A stretch of 64,000 nucleotides of DNA from Candidatus Moraniibacteriota bacterium (GCA_041583775.1 JBFHFF010000007.1:3382-67381); one strand, 5' to 3'; positions 10,559-20,373 are shown, counted from the first letter of the stretch. Numbers and translations are program-made. Notes: generated by a model from the sequence alone, not told the origin.

Positions 10559-10586
10559 TAAAAAACAGTCGAAAGGCTGTTTTTTA
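10559..10586 (+). terminator. Intrinsic terminator after secY
   Basis: AAAAAACAGTC-GAAA-GGCTGTTTTTT hairpin with T tract. Confidence 0.85.
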
Positions 10587-10639
10587 TTTTGAGTTATACT
10601 TGACAAAAAAGATTAAATATGCTTTATTTAAAATAGTAA

Positions 10640-10938
10640 TTTTTTTATTATAAACCTTTGAAAGGGAGGTGTGTATGCTGAGACCATAGAGTTCTTGGGA
10701 TCATTCAGTCTGGTCTTAAAATCAACCCAAAAGATCTTGGGAGACTGGGGGTGGCAAGTACATTTCATTTTCTTCTAATTTCTGGCTTGATAGGATATGT
10801 TCCATTATTGGTCGGTTAAAGGGGGTTGTGAAATTTCCCGAATAAGTGGCCTGGTAAACCACAAATTCTAAAGTGAGATTAGGGATCTTGCAAAAACTTG
10901 TAAAAAGGTCTTTCCATCGATATGGAAAGACCTTTTTT
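10640..10938 (+). ncRNA. Putative small transcript (sRNA or micro-peptide mRNA) of unknown family
   Basis: TTGACA at 10600, GC-richer body, GGGAGGTG SD-like site, strong terminator at 10902-10938, no ORF >=60 aa. Confidence 0.35.
10902..10938 (+). terminator. Intrinsic terminator
   Basis: AAAAAGGTCTTTCCAT-CGAT-ATGGAAAGACCTTTTTT. Confidence 0.88.
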
Positions 10939-10963
10939 CTTTTGTCGTTGTATTTTACAAGGT

Positions 10964-10992
10964 TTGACTTTTTAGTCCCTTTGGAGTAATCT
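10964..10992 (+). promoter_or_regulatory. Sigma70-type promoter of tRNA-Gly
   Basis: TTGACT-17 nt-TAATCT. Confidence 0.6.
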
Positions 10993-11020
10993 ATATATTG
11001 TTAAGATGAAATTTGAAAAA

Positions 11021-11095
11021 GCGAGCGTCGTATAATGGTTATTACCCCAGCCTTCCAAGCTGGTGACGCCGGTTCGATTCCGGTCGCTCGCTCCA
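11021..11095 (+). tRNA. tRNA-Gly(TCC)
   Basis: Acceptor GCGAGCG/CGCTCGC, anticodon arm CCAGC-CTTCCAA-GCTGG, GGTTCGATTCC T arm, encoded CCA. Confidence 0.97.
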
Positions 11096-11098
11096 ATT

Positions 11099-11125
11099 AA
11101 AAAACTCCCTAGAAGGGGAGTTTTT
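11099..11125 (+). terminator. Intrinsic terminator after tRNA-Gly
   Basis: AAAAACTCCCT-AGA-AGGGGAGTTTTT. Confidence 0.8.
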
Positions 11126-11155
11126 GTTTAAGTGACCCAATTATGCTAAATTAAA

Positions 11156-11192
11156 ATAGAAGCTACTATAGAGGCTTCTATAGATACCTCTA
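11156..11192. promoter_or_regulatory. Overlapping inverted repeats upstream of AbrB-like gene (candidate operator)
   Basis: ATAGAAGC-N10-GCTTCTAT overlapping TAGAGG-N12-CCTCTA. Confidence 0.45.
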
Positions 11193-11210
11193 AAAAATAA
11201 AACAAAATAA

Positions 11211-11375
11211 ATGGAAAAAAATATCCACAAACTGAAAAAGGCCAGTAAATACAGCTACAGTATTACAATCCCAAAAGAAATTATTGAAAAATATAGTTGG
11301 AAGGCTAAGCAAAAATTAACTGTTGAGGATAAGGGGAGAGGAGTTTTAGAGATTAAGGATTGGAGGAGGAAGTAA
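11211..11375 (+). CDS. AbrB/MazE/SpoVT-family DNA-binding protein, 54 aa (absent from ORF track)
   Basis: MEKNIHKLKKASKYSYSITIPKEIIEKYSWKAKQKLTVEDKGRGVLEIKDWRRK; S..ITIPK....W....L pattern. Confidence 0.8.
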   Translation: MEKNIHKLKKASKYSYSITIPKEIIEKYSWKAKQKLTVEDKGRGVLEIKDWRRK

Positions 11376-11563
11376 GTTGTTTGGTTGTATTTAGTGTTTG
11401 ACTTGAGGTACTTTCCCTTTTTGAAGAGGGACGCAGGGGTTTTTTGTTTTTAGTGTGACTGATTTAATTTATAATTTTCAATTAGTTAATAAATAAAAAA
11501 CTAATTTTCAAAATTAGAAATTCAAAATTTGAGAAAACTCAAACACCAAACCGCTGGCACAGT

Positions 11564-11612
11564 CTGGATTCCTGCTGATGTTTACCCCACGAATGTTGGA
11601 GTAGGAATGGCA
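11564..11612. repeat. Degenerate palindromic REP/RPE-like element
   Basis: CTGGATTCCTGCT...AGTAGGAATGGCA; arms resemble GGATTCCCGC...GCGGGAATGAC miniature repeats. Confidence 0.4.
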
Positions 11613-11664
11613 AAGGAAAAAGATTGAGAAATAAAATTTCATAAATAAATATAAAGCCTAAGAT

Positions 11665-12294
11665 ATGCCAAATCATAAAAAAGAAATAGTAATAGCCACT
11701 GAAAACAATGGCAAGATTGAAGAGCTTAAAAGAATTTTTGCAAACACTAGTTTTGTGCCGAGGTTTCTTAGTGAATTCACGGAACAATTAGGGGATACAA
11801 AAATCCTAGAAAATGCCAAAACTTTTGAAGGAAATGCATTGATAAAAGCAATTGTTGTGGGAGAAAAACTAGGAATACTAACTCTTGCAGATGATTCTGG
11901 TCTTTGTGTGGACGCTCTTGATGGAGACCCTGGTGTGTATTCTGCGAGATATTCCAACGAAGGAACTGATATTGCCAATTATGAAAAGCTACTAAAAGAA
12001 ATGATAAATGTTCCAAAGGAAAAGCGAGAATGTTATTATAATTGTACAGTTGCTATCTATGACCCGGAAACAAATTTCGTTGAAACTGTTTCTGGAAAAT
12101 GGCAGGGAAGGATAGCAAAGGAGCCACGTGGTAGCAAATCTTTCGGATATGCACCAATATTTTTGTCAGAAGATTCCAATTTCAAAAAAACCAATGCCGA
12201 ATTTGACCCAGAGGAATTGACAAATATGAATCACCGAGGAAAAGCTTTTCTAGGAGCGATTAAGATTTTGGATGAATACTTTAACTTAAAATAA
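11665..12294 (+). CDS. rdgB: Non-canonical purine NTP pyrophosphatase (RdgB/HAM1)
   Basis: ATEN.GK..E, TFEGNALIKA, ADDSGL.VDALDG.PGVYSARY, FGY.PIF, NHRGKA. Confidence 0.95.
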   Translation: MPNHKKEIVIATENNGKIEELKRIFANTSFVPRFLSEFTEQLGDTKILENAKTFEGNALIKAIVVGEKLGILTLADDSGLCVDALDGDPGVYSARYSNEGTDIANYEKLLKEMINVPKEKRECYYNCTVAIYDPETNFVETVSGKWQGRIAKEPRGSKSFGYAPIFLSEDSNFKKTNAEFDPEELTNMNHRGKAFLGAIKILDEYFNLK

Positions 12295-12310
12295 GAATAT
12301 ATCAAAACAA

Positions 12311-12472
12311 ATGTTTGGAACTCTAGATATTTTAGTCTCTCTTAAAAATAAAATTACCAAAGAAGAGGAGGAAAATGCAAATAAATTTAATAAATATTTT
12401 ATCAATAGGGGTGATGAATTGACAGTGCTTGGAATTGGCAGATTGAATCGCAAATATGATTTTTTTGGATAA
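12311..12472 (+). CDS. Small hypothetical protein or gene remnant, 53 aa
   Basis: ATG-TAA frame MFGTLDILVSLKNK...RKYDFFG starting 16 nt after rdgB. Confidence 0.3.
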   Translation: MFGTLDILVSLKNKITKEEEENANKFNKYFINRGDELTVLGIGRLNRKYDFFG

Positions 12473-12547
12473 ATTCTTTTTTTTGCTTTTCATTATTTCG
12501 AAAAAAATGTATAATAATAAAGTAATATAAGTCGGTAGAAATTTGAA

Positions 12548-12817
12548 ATGAAAGAAAAATTGGTAATTAAGGTTGAAGGCAAAGCAATTACATTAGAATT
12601 AGAAAAAGAAAATAGTGTTTTAGACACAAAAGAATGGCAAGAAGATGGAAATCTTTCCAAGACATTGCTAAATGAGATTGATACTATTTTGACTAAAAAT
12701 AAACTTAAAATATCAGATATCGACCCTGATGTGAGGGTTGAGACTGATAATGATTCATATACTTCGGCTAGGATTGTAAATGTTGTGGCTAAAATAATGA
12801 AATATTCACTATCTTAA
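12548..12817 (+). CDS. tsaB: Truncated TsaB-like protein (N-terminal subdomain only)
   Basis: LLNEIDTIL.K.KL.ISDID...DSYTSARI...AK matches the TsaB LL..I..LL......DID...GSFTGLRIG...AK pattern; only 89 aa. Confidence 0.6.
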   Translation: MKEKLVIKVEGKAITLELEKENSVLDTKEWQEDGNLSKTLLNEIDTILTKNKLKISDIDPDVRVETDNDSYTSARIVNVVAKIMKYSLS

Positions 12818-12827
12818 CTTTTTTTAC

Positions 12828-12856
12828 TTGACAAATAGGAAAACAGAGTGTAAAAT
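12828..12856 (+). promoter_or_regulatory. Sigma70 promoter for rpoBC
   Basis: TTGACA-17 nt-TAAAAT. Confidence 0.75.
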
Positions 12857-13160
12857 GAACCTGTTAAATCAAAGATGGTTAGATGCAAAAACAATTGTAT
12901 GTTTTTGGATTTTATCGTCTTGCGTGAGTATGAAATAAAATCACTAAAAGAAAATTCTTGTATTGATTTTGTTTGTTTGAAAAATTTACGGTTTTTAAAA
13001 TGGGCCATAACTTGGCCTATATAATATGCTTGATCTCTTTTCCTCAGATGCCTAAGAGAAGCAACGATCACAAAAAATAGATAAATTTATATATTAATCA
13101 GTAGAACTGATTGTTTTTTGTCTACTCCAGGAAACAGTCAAATAACCAAATTGCGCTTAT

Positions 13161-16100
13161 ATGAAAAAAGTCAAAAAAAATCTCGTAGTAAGGTCAAAGT
13201 TTAGTTCTCATTCAAGTTTGTCAAAACGAAAGTTTTTTCAAAAACAACCAATGGTTTCTTTGCCAAATTTGATTGAGTCTCAAATTAAATCCTACCAATG
13301 GTTTTTGAAAGAGGGATTGGATGAGATTTTGAAAGAAATTTGTCCTATTGAGGATTTTACAGGAAATGAAATGGAGCTTTCGATAGGTGAGTGTTATTTA
13401 GACGAACCGAAATATGACGAATTAACAGCAAAAGAGAAGAATATTTCATACGATGCTCCACTTAGAGCTCAAGCTAGTCTTTTGATTAAGAAGACTGGAG
13501 AAATAAGAGAACAGGAAATTTTTCTTGCCGATTTTCCAATAATGACAGATAGAGGAACTTTTATCATCAATGGTGTTGAGAGAGTTGTTGTTTCTCAATT
13601 AATCCGAAGTCCTGGAGCTTTTTTCACAATGGAGTATACAAAGGGGCGAAAACTTTTTGGTGCTAAGGTTATTCCTAATAGAGGAGCTTGGTTGGAGTTG
13701 GAAACTGATATGGATGGAGCAATTTGGGCAAAAATTGATCGAAAAAGAAAAATTCCAGTAACTTCTCTTCTGAGAGTTTTTGGATTAGATACTGATAAAG
13801 ATATTTTAGCAGCCTTTAAAGGTGCTGATAATGGTGAGGTTGCTATGGTCAAGGAGACATTAGAAAAAGATCCAGCCAAAAACACTGGAGAGGCATACAA
13901 GGAAATCTACAAAAGATTGAGACCAGGTGATCTTGCTACAACAGAGAATGCAAAGCAAATGGTTGATTCTATTTTCTTTAGCAATGAAAGATATGACTTT
14001 GGTAGAGTGGGAAGATATCGTTTGAATTTGAGACTGGAAATGGATAAAGATGAAAGTAAAGAAGAAAATAGAATCTTAAGTAAGGATGAGATTATATTAA
14101 TCATAGGAGAAATTATTAGACTAAATAATGATCCTTCGGCTATTCCTGATGATATTGATCACCTTGGGAATAGACGCCTAAGAGGTGTTGGAGAGTTGGT
14201 TCAGAATAAAGTCAGAGTTGGTTTGGCACGAATGGTGCGAAACATTAAAGATAGAATGAGTACTTGTGATGTTACTACTGTTGTTCATGGACAATTGATA
14301 AATCCAAGACCAGTAGCAGCTTCAATAAAAGAATTTTTTTCTTCTTCTCAACTTTCTCAATTTATGGATCAGGTCAACCCTTTAGCTGAGCTTGAACATA
14401 AAAGAAGATTGAGTGCTATGGGACCAGGAGGTTTGACACGAGAGAGAGCTGGTTTCGAGGTTCGAGATGTTCACAATTCTCATTATGGAAGAATTTGCCC
14501 AGTACAAACACCAGAAGGTCCAAATATTGGTTTGGTTGGTCATTTGGCTTGTTATGCAAGAGTTAATGATTATGGTTTTTTAGAAACACCTTATAGAATT
14601 GTTAGGAACACAATTAAAAATAGTGGCGATAAATTAGCTGAAAATAGAATTTTAACTGAAGATGTTAAAGATTCTGCAGGAAAAGTTTTAATAGCTAGTG
14701 GAACAAAAATCGGAACTGCTGAATTGGAGAAATTGAAAAAATCAGCAAGTGAAAGTGTTAATGTTTTGCCATTTATGACAGGTGAGGTTAAATATCTAAA
14801 CGCACTTGCTGAAGAAAAGGTTAGTATTGCACATGCCCGAATTGATATTGATGAATATGATAATTTAGTAGAACCAATTGTTGAGGCTCGTGTTCACACA
14901 GAGGCAACAAAAATTGATACTAGGGAAGTTGACTATGTTGATGTTTCAGCAAAACAATGTATTTCTGTTGCAACAGCACTTATTCCATTTTTGGAACATG
15001 ATGATGCAAACCGTGCTCTTATGGGTTCAAATATGCAACGACAGGCAGTTTCTTGTATTATTCCAGATGCGCCACTTGTTGGAACTGGACTTGAGGACAA
15101 GGCAGCTGCTGATTCCGGACAAGTAGTCTTAGCTAGAACAGATGGAGAAATTGTTGAAGTGGATGGTGCACATATCGTGCTTAAAGAAACTGCAGAAAAA
15201 GGTAAAAGATCAAAGAGACAAACCTATCCTTTACAAACATTCGCAAAATCAAACGCATTTACAAGTATGAATCAGGTTCCGCGAGTTTCTAGGGGACAGA
15301 TGGTTAAAGCTGGAGATTTATTAGCTGACGGAGCTTCAACTGATCATGGTGAATTAGCACTTGGAAAGAATGTTTTGATGGCATTTATGCCTTGGGAAGG
15401 TTTTAATTATGAGGATGCTATTATCGTTTCTGAAAGATTGAGACACGAAGACGGATACTCTTCTGTGCATATTGAAGAATTTACGGTTGATGTTAGAGAT
15501 ACAAAACTTGGACCCGAAGTTGTTACAAGAGATATTCCAAACATCGGAGAAGATAGATTGAGAAATCTTGATGAGACTGGAATTATTAGAATTGGAGCTG
15601 AGGTAAGTTCGGGTGATATCTTGGTTGGAAAAGTAACATTAAAAGGTGAAGGAGATTTGACAGCAGAAGAGAGACTTCTCCGAGCGATTTTTGGTGAAAA
15701 ATCAAGAGATGTTAAGGATACATCACTATATGTTCCACACGGAAAGAGCGGAAAAGTTGTTGACATTAAAATTTTCTCACGAGAACAAGGAGATAAACTT
15801 CAAGCGGGAGTTATTCAACAAATTCAAATTTCCGTTGCACAGCTTCGAAAAATTTCTGTTGGAGATAAACTTGCTGGTAGACATGGAAATAAGGGTGTAA
15901 TCTCAAAGGTTGCGGCAATTGAAGATATGCCATATCTTCCAGATGGAACTCCTGTGGATGTTATTCTGACTCCGCTTGGTGTTCCTTCTCGTATGAACCT
16001 TGGACAGATTTTTGAAACTCATCTTGGATGGGCTGCTCAAAAACTTGGATACAAGGCAGCATCACCTGCACTGGATGGTGTAACTGCGGAAGAAATTAAG

Positions 16101-16613
16101 GGAGAATTGAGAAAGGCTGGATTACCAGAAGATGGAAAAATTCAATTAATAAGTGGAAAGAGTGGAAAGCCTTTCATCGAAAAAACGATGGTTGGTTATA
16201 TGTATATTATGAAATTGAATCATTTGATTGAAGATAAGATGCATATGCGTTCTATTGGACCATATTCACTAATTACACAACAACCTCTTGGAGGAAAGGC
16301 TCAGTTTGGAGGACAGAGATTTGGAGAGATGGAAGTTTGGGCACTTGAGGGATATGGTGCAGCTTATACTCTTCAAGAAATGCTTACAATTAAATCTGAT
16401 GATGTACTTGGTCGCTCTAGAGCATATGAATCAATTATCAAGGGTGAACCCATTAAGCCACCGAACATTCCTGCAGCATTTCATGTTTTGGTTAATGAGC
16501 TCAAGGCTCTTGCACTGGAAGTGAATTTATTAGAAGCGAAAATCGATACTAGTGAAAGCCCTAAGGTGGATGAGGAAACTGGTTTGGAAAAAGAAGTATC
16601 AACTGAGAAATAA
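13161..16613 (+). CDS. rpoB: RNA polymerase beta subunit
   Basis: GTFIINGVERV, GDKLAGRHGNKGV, GGQRFGEMEVWALE. Confidence 0.99.
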   Translation: MKKVKKNLVVRSKFSSHSSLSKRKFFQKQPMVSLPNLIESQIKSYQWFLKEGLDEILKEICPIEDFTGNEMELSIGECYLDEPKYDELTAKEKNISYDAPLRAQASLLIKKTGEIREQEIFLADFPIMTDRGTFIINGVERVVVSQLIRSPGAFFTMEYTKGRKLFGAKVIPNRGAWLELETDMDGAIWAKIDRKRKIPVTSLLRVFGLDTDKDILAAFKGADNGEVAMVKETLEKDPAKNTGEAYKEIYKRLRPGDLATTENAKQMVDSIFFSNERYDFGRVGRYRLNLRLEMDKDESKEENRILSKDEIILIIGEIIRLNNDPSAIPDDIDHLGNRRLRGVGELVQNKVRVGLARMVRNIKDRMSTCDVTTVVHGQLINPRPVAASIKEFFSSSQLSQFMDQVNPLAELEHKRRLSAMGPGGLTRERAGFEVRDVHNSHYGRICPVQTPEGPNIGLVGHLACYARVNDYGFLETPYRIVRNTIKNSGDKLAENRILTEDVKDSAGKVLIASGTKIGTAELEKLKKSASESVNVLPFMTGEVKYLNALAEEKVSIAHARIDIDEYDNLVEPIVEARVHTEATKIDTREVDYVDVSAKQCISVATALIPFLEHDDANRALMGSNMQRQAVSCIIPDAPLVGTGLEDKAAADSGQVVLARTDGEIVEVDGAHIVLKETAEKGKRSKRQTYPLQTFAKSNAFTSMNQVPRVSRGQMVKAGDLLADGASTDHGELALGKNVLMAFMPWEGFNYEDAIIVSERLRHEDGYSSVHIEEFTVDVRDTKLGPEVVTRDIPNIGEDRLRNLDETGIIRIGAEVSSGDILVGKVTLKGEGDLTAEERLLRAIFGEKSRDVKDTSLYVPHGKSGKVVDIKIFSREQGDKLQAGVIQQIQISVAQLRKISVGDKLAGRHGNKGVISKVAAIEDMPYLPDGTPVDVILTPLGVPSRMNLGQIFETHLGWAAQKLGYKAASPALDGVTAEEIKGELRKAGLPEDGKIQLISGKSGKPFIEKTMVGYMYIMKLNHLIEDKMHMRSIGPYSLITQQPLGGKAQFGGQRFGEMEVWALEGYGAAYTLQEMLTIKSDDVLGRSRAYESIIKGEPIKPPNIPAAFHVLVNELKALALEVNLLEAKIDTSESPKVDEETGLEKEVSTEK

Positions 16614-16646
16614 ATTTACTTATTATATCTTTAATAGCAAAATTCG

Positions 16647-19600
16647 ATGACAGAAAACATAACGAGAATTTCAGATTTCAGTGCAGTGCAATTGAAAGTA
16701 GCCTCACCTGAAAAAATTCTTGAATGGTCACACGGGGAAATTACTCGACCAGAAACAATTAATTATAGAACTCAAAGATTTGAAAAAGACGGACTTTTTT
16801 GCGAGAAAATTTTCGGACCTTCAAAAGATTGGGAATGTTATTGTGGAAAATATAAAAGAATTCGATATAAAGGAATTGTTTGTGATAAGTGTGGTGTTGA
16901 AATTACAAAATCAATAGTAAGGCGTGAAAGAATGGGGCACATTGAACTTGCCGTGCCAGTTTCACATATTTGGTTTCTAAGAAGTGTTCCTTCTAGAATT
17001 GGATTGGCATTGGATATGTCAGTTCAAGAATTAGAAAGAGTAGTTTATTTTGCTAGCTACATTGTTATTTCAATCGATGAGGATGCTAGAGCAGAGGCAT
17101 TGAAGGAGCTTGAAACTGAATTTAAATTGAACACGAAAAGCGCTACAACTGAATCAGAGAAGGAAGATATAAAAGCAGTTTACCAAGCCTCAAAAGAGGG
17201 CTTGAAGTCTCTTCAGAAAAGACAAACACTTTCTGAAATTGATTATCACAATATTTCAAGAAACTTTGGACATGTATTTGAAGCTTCAATTGGAGCGGAA
17301 GCCATTTTCCAACTTTTACGAGAACTTGATTTGAAAAAAGAGGTAGATGCTTTAAGTGAAAAGATTGTAAATGGAGATACTTCTGATAAGAAAAGATTGG
17401 CAAAAAGACTTAAGGTGTTGGCAGGATTTTTGAATGCAAAAATCAAGCCAGAATGGATGATGTTAAAAGTTATTCCTGTGATTCCACCAGATCTTAGACC
17501 AATGGTTCAATTGAACGGTGGGCGTTTTGCAACAAGCGATCTCAATGATCTTTATAGAAGAATTATTAACAGGAATAATCGACTTCGAAAGTTGATTGAA
17601 CTTGGTGCCCCAGAGGTTATTCAGAGAAATGAAAAGAGAATGTTGCAAGAAGCAGTGGATGCCTTAATTGACAACAGTTCAAGAAGGTCACAAGCACAAG
17701 TTGCTGCCTCAACTGGCCAAAGAAGGGCATTGAAATCAGTTTCTGATATGCTAAAAGGAAAGCAAGGACGATTTCGACAAAACTTGCTTGGAAAGCGTGT
17801 TGATTATTCAGGACGATCAGTTATTGTAATCGGACCAAAATTGAAATTACATCAATGTGGAATTCCAAAAAAGATGGCATTGGAATTGTTTAAACCTTTT
17901 ATTATCAATCAGTTGATTGAAAAGGAACATGCACACAATGTAAGAACAGCGGGGAGAATGGTTGATGCTGAAAGGGAAGAGGCATATGAAATGTTGGATA
18001 ACATTATTGGTAACCACTATGTATTGTTAAATCGTGCCCCAACTTTGCACAGACTTTCAATTCAAGCTTTTCAACCAGTTCTAATTGAAGGAAAAGCCTT
18101 GCGAGTCCATCCATTGGTTTGTACGGCATTTAATGCTGACTTTGACGGTGATCAGATGGCCGTTCATGTTCCACTTACAACTGAAGCAAGAAAGGAATGT
18201 GCAGAAATTATGCTTTCTAGCAAGAATCTATTAAAACCCTCAAGTGGAGATCCTATCACAGTTCCTTCGCAGGATATCGTTTTAGGAGCTTACTTTATGA
18301 CAACTTTTTGGGATGGCGCGAAAGGTGAAGGAAAAAGTTTTTCTTCAATGAATGAAGTTATCAGGGCATATCAAATGGAGATTATCGACTTAAGAGCTAA
18401 GATCAATTTGTATTATAATGGTGAGAAGTTAGAAACTTCAGCTGGACGAGTTTTGATTAACGACATTCTTCCTGAAAAACTTCGCTTTGTAAACAAGCAA
18501 TTAACAAAAGGTGACCTTAAAGACTTGGTTGCTGGTTTCTTAAAAAACGATGGAACTGATGAAGCAGCTGTTTTTGTTGATGATTTAAAAAATCTTGGGT
18601 TTGAATATGTTACTCAATCAGGTATTAGTTTGGGAATGGACGATTTTCAAGAGCCGGCAGATAGAGAGAAGACATTTGAAGCTGCTGATAAGAAAGTTGA
18701 GGAGGTTCAAGCTCAATACGATATGGGTCTTTTAACGAATTCTGAGAGAAAGACAAAAGTGATTAAGATTTGGAATGAAACTAAGGATGAGATCACGAAG
18801 AAAGTTGTTGCTGCGATTGATCCAAAAGGTTCAATTCATGCAATGATTCATTCAAAAGCTCGTGGTTCTGAAGCTGTTGTTGTTCAGATGACAGGAATGA
18901 AAGGTTTGGTTGCTGGACCAACAGGAGAAACAATTGAACTTCCAATTAAGGGTTCTTTGAAGGGTGGTTATGATGTATTGGAATATTTCATTTCTACTCA
19001 TGGTGCTCGAAAAGGTATGGCTGATACAGCACTTAGAACTGCGACTGCTGGTTATCTAACGCGTCGTTTGGTTGATGTAGGTCAAGATGTGGTTATTAGT
19101 GAAGAGGACTGTGGTGATACAGTGGGAGCATATTTATATAGAGAAGATTCTGATCAGATAGGGCAAGGATTTGCATCTCGTGTTGAAGGAAGAACAACTC
19201 TTGAAATTGTTAAAGATCCAAAGACGGGCGAAAAGATTGTCGGAAAGGGAGAATTGGTAACCCCAGTACAAGCTCAGAAAATCGAAGATGCTGGTGTAGT
19301 GAAAGTTAAGATTAGAAGTTTAGTTACTTGTAAGACTAGGAGAGGAGTTTGTCAGAAATGTTATGGTAAAGACTTGGGAAGAAATCGTCTTGTGGGTCTT
19401 GGTCAAGCAGTTGGAACGATTGCAGCGCAAGCCATTGGAGAGCCTGGAACACAGTTGACAATGCGTACTTTCCACATCGGAGGTGTTGCAGGAACCGATA
19501 TTACTCAAGGTTTGCCTCGTGTAGAAGAAATCTTTGAAGCAAGAACTCCAAAAGGTGAGGCAGTTATAGCTGAAGTCGATGGAACAATTGAAAATATTGT

Positions 19601-20294
19601 TGAAAACAAGAAACAAAAGATTATTACATTGAGAAAAGCACAAACAGGAAAGGTTAAAAAGATTGAGGATAAGGACTATTCAATTCCAGCCGTAATGAAT
19701 GCTAAAGTTGCAAAAGGAGATTTAGTTACCAAGGGACAAGTACTTTCTGAAGGGCATTTGGATTTGAAAAAGTTGTTTAAGATTGGTGGTGACGAGGCTT
19801 TGCATAGATATATTATCTGTGAGGTTCAAGAGATTTATCAAACTCAAGGTGAGGGAATTAATGATAAACACATTGAAATTGTTATCAGACAAATGTTGTC
19901 TAGAGTTAAGGTTTCTGATCCTGGAGATACAGAATTACTTGCCGGAGATATCGTTGAGAAAGCAAAATTTGTGGAAATGAACAATGAAATGAAGGCAAAT
20001 GGAAAGACAGAAGCGATAGGAGAGCAATTGGTTTTGGGAATTTCTAAGATTGCACTTTCGACAGATAGTTTCCTTTCAGCTGCATCATTCCAAGAAACAG
20101 CAAAAGTTTTAATTGATGCTTCAACTCAAGGGAAGATTGATTATTTGCGAGGATTGAAAGAAAATGTGATTCTTGGAAAACTTATTCCTGCGGGAACTGG
20201 TTTTGCGAAAAGAAGAGCTGAGATGATTGCACTTGAAAACATAGAATCAACAGGAGATGATTTATCAAGATTTTTGCCAGTAGACAATGAGTAG
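16647..20294 (+). CDS. rpoC: RNA polymerase beta' subunit
   Basis: NADFDGDQMAVH, Zn-finger CYCGK..CDKC, GEPGTQLTMRTFH. Confidence 0.99.
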   Translation: MTENITRISDFSAVQLKVASPEKILEWSHGEITRPETINYRTQRFEKDGLFCEKIFGPSKDWECYCGKYKRIRYKGIVCDKCGVEITKSIVRRERMGHIELAVPVSHIWFLRSVPSRIGLALDMSVQELERVVYFASYIVISIDEDARAEALKELETEFKLNTKSATTESEKEDIKAVYQASKEGLKSLQKRQTLSEIDYHNISRNFGHVFEASIGAEAIFQLLRELDLKKEVDALSEKIVNGDTSDKKRLAKRLKVLAGFLNAKIKPEWMMLKVIPVIPPDLRPMVQLNGGRFATSDLNDLYRRIINRNNRLRKLIELGAPEVIQRNEKRMLQEAVDALIDNSSRRSQAQVAASTGQRRALKSVSDMLKGKQGRFRQNLLGKRVDYSGRSVIVIGPKLKLHQCGIPKKMALELFKPFIINQLIEKEHAHNVRTAGRMVDAEREEAYEMLDNIIGNHYVLLNRAPTLHRLSIQAFQPVLIEGKALRVHPLVCTAFNADFDGDQMAVHVPLTTEARKECAEIMLSSKNLLKPSSGDPITVPSQDIVLGAYFMTTFWDGAKGEGKSFSSMNEVIRAYQMEIIDLRAKINLYYNGEKLETSAGRVLINDILPEKLRFVNKQLTKGDLKDLVAGFLKNDGTDEAAVFVDDLKNLGFEYVTQSGISLGMDDFQEPADREKTFEAADKKVEEVQAQYDMGLLTNSERKTKVIKIWNETKDEITKKVVAAIDPKGSIHAMIHSKARGSEAVVVQMTGMKGLVAGPTGETIELPIKGSLKGGYDVLEYFISTHGARKGMADTALRTATAGYLTRRLVDVGQDVVISEEDCGDTVGAYLYREDSDQIGQGFASRVEGRTTLEIVKDPKTGEKIVGKGELVTPVQAQKIEDAGVVKVKIRSLVTCKTRRGVCQKCYGKDLGRNRLVGLGQAVGTIAAQAIGEPGTQLTMRTFHIGGVAGTDITQGLPRVEEIFEARTPKGEAVIAEVDGTIENIVENKKQKIITLRKAQTGKVKKIEDKDYSIPAVMNAKVAKGDLVTKGQVLSEGHLDLKKLFKIGGDEALHRYIICEVQEIYQTQGEGINDKHIEIVIRQMLSRVKVSDPGDTELLAGDIVEKAKFVEMNNEMKANGKTEAIGEQLVLGISKIALSTDSFLSAASFQETAKVLIDASTQGKIDYLRGLKENVILGKLIPAGTGFAKRRAEMIALENIESTGDDLSRFLPVDNE

Positions 20295-20320
20295 AAATTG
20301 TAAATAATCACAGTTGTACT

Positions 20321-20358
20321 AAATAAAAAAACGACCTTTAAAGGTCGTTTTTTTATTT
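20321..20358. terminator. Bidirectional terminator between convergent rpoC and GNAT gene
   Basis: Perfect 38-bp palindrome AAATAAAAAAACGACCTTT/AAAGGTCGTTTTTTTATTT. Confidence 0.9.
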
Positions 20359-20373
20359 ATTTGAGCTAGATTT

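Noticed and set aside
10675-10860. Stop-codon recoding of the SD-led MLRP* frame
   Set aside because: The frame has both TAG and several TAA stops, and TAA, TAG and TGA all terminate genes elsewhere in the window (standard code 11)
637-20000. Short antisense or alternate-frame ORFs within ribosomal protein genes and rpoBC
   Set aside because: Shadow ORFs of well-supported conserved genes
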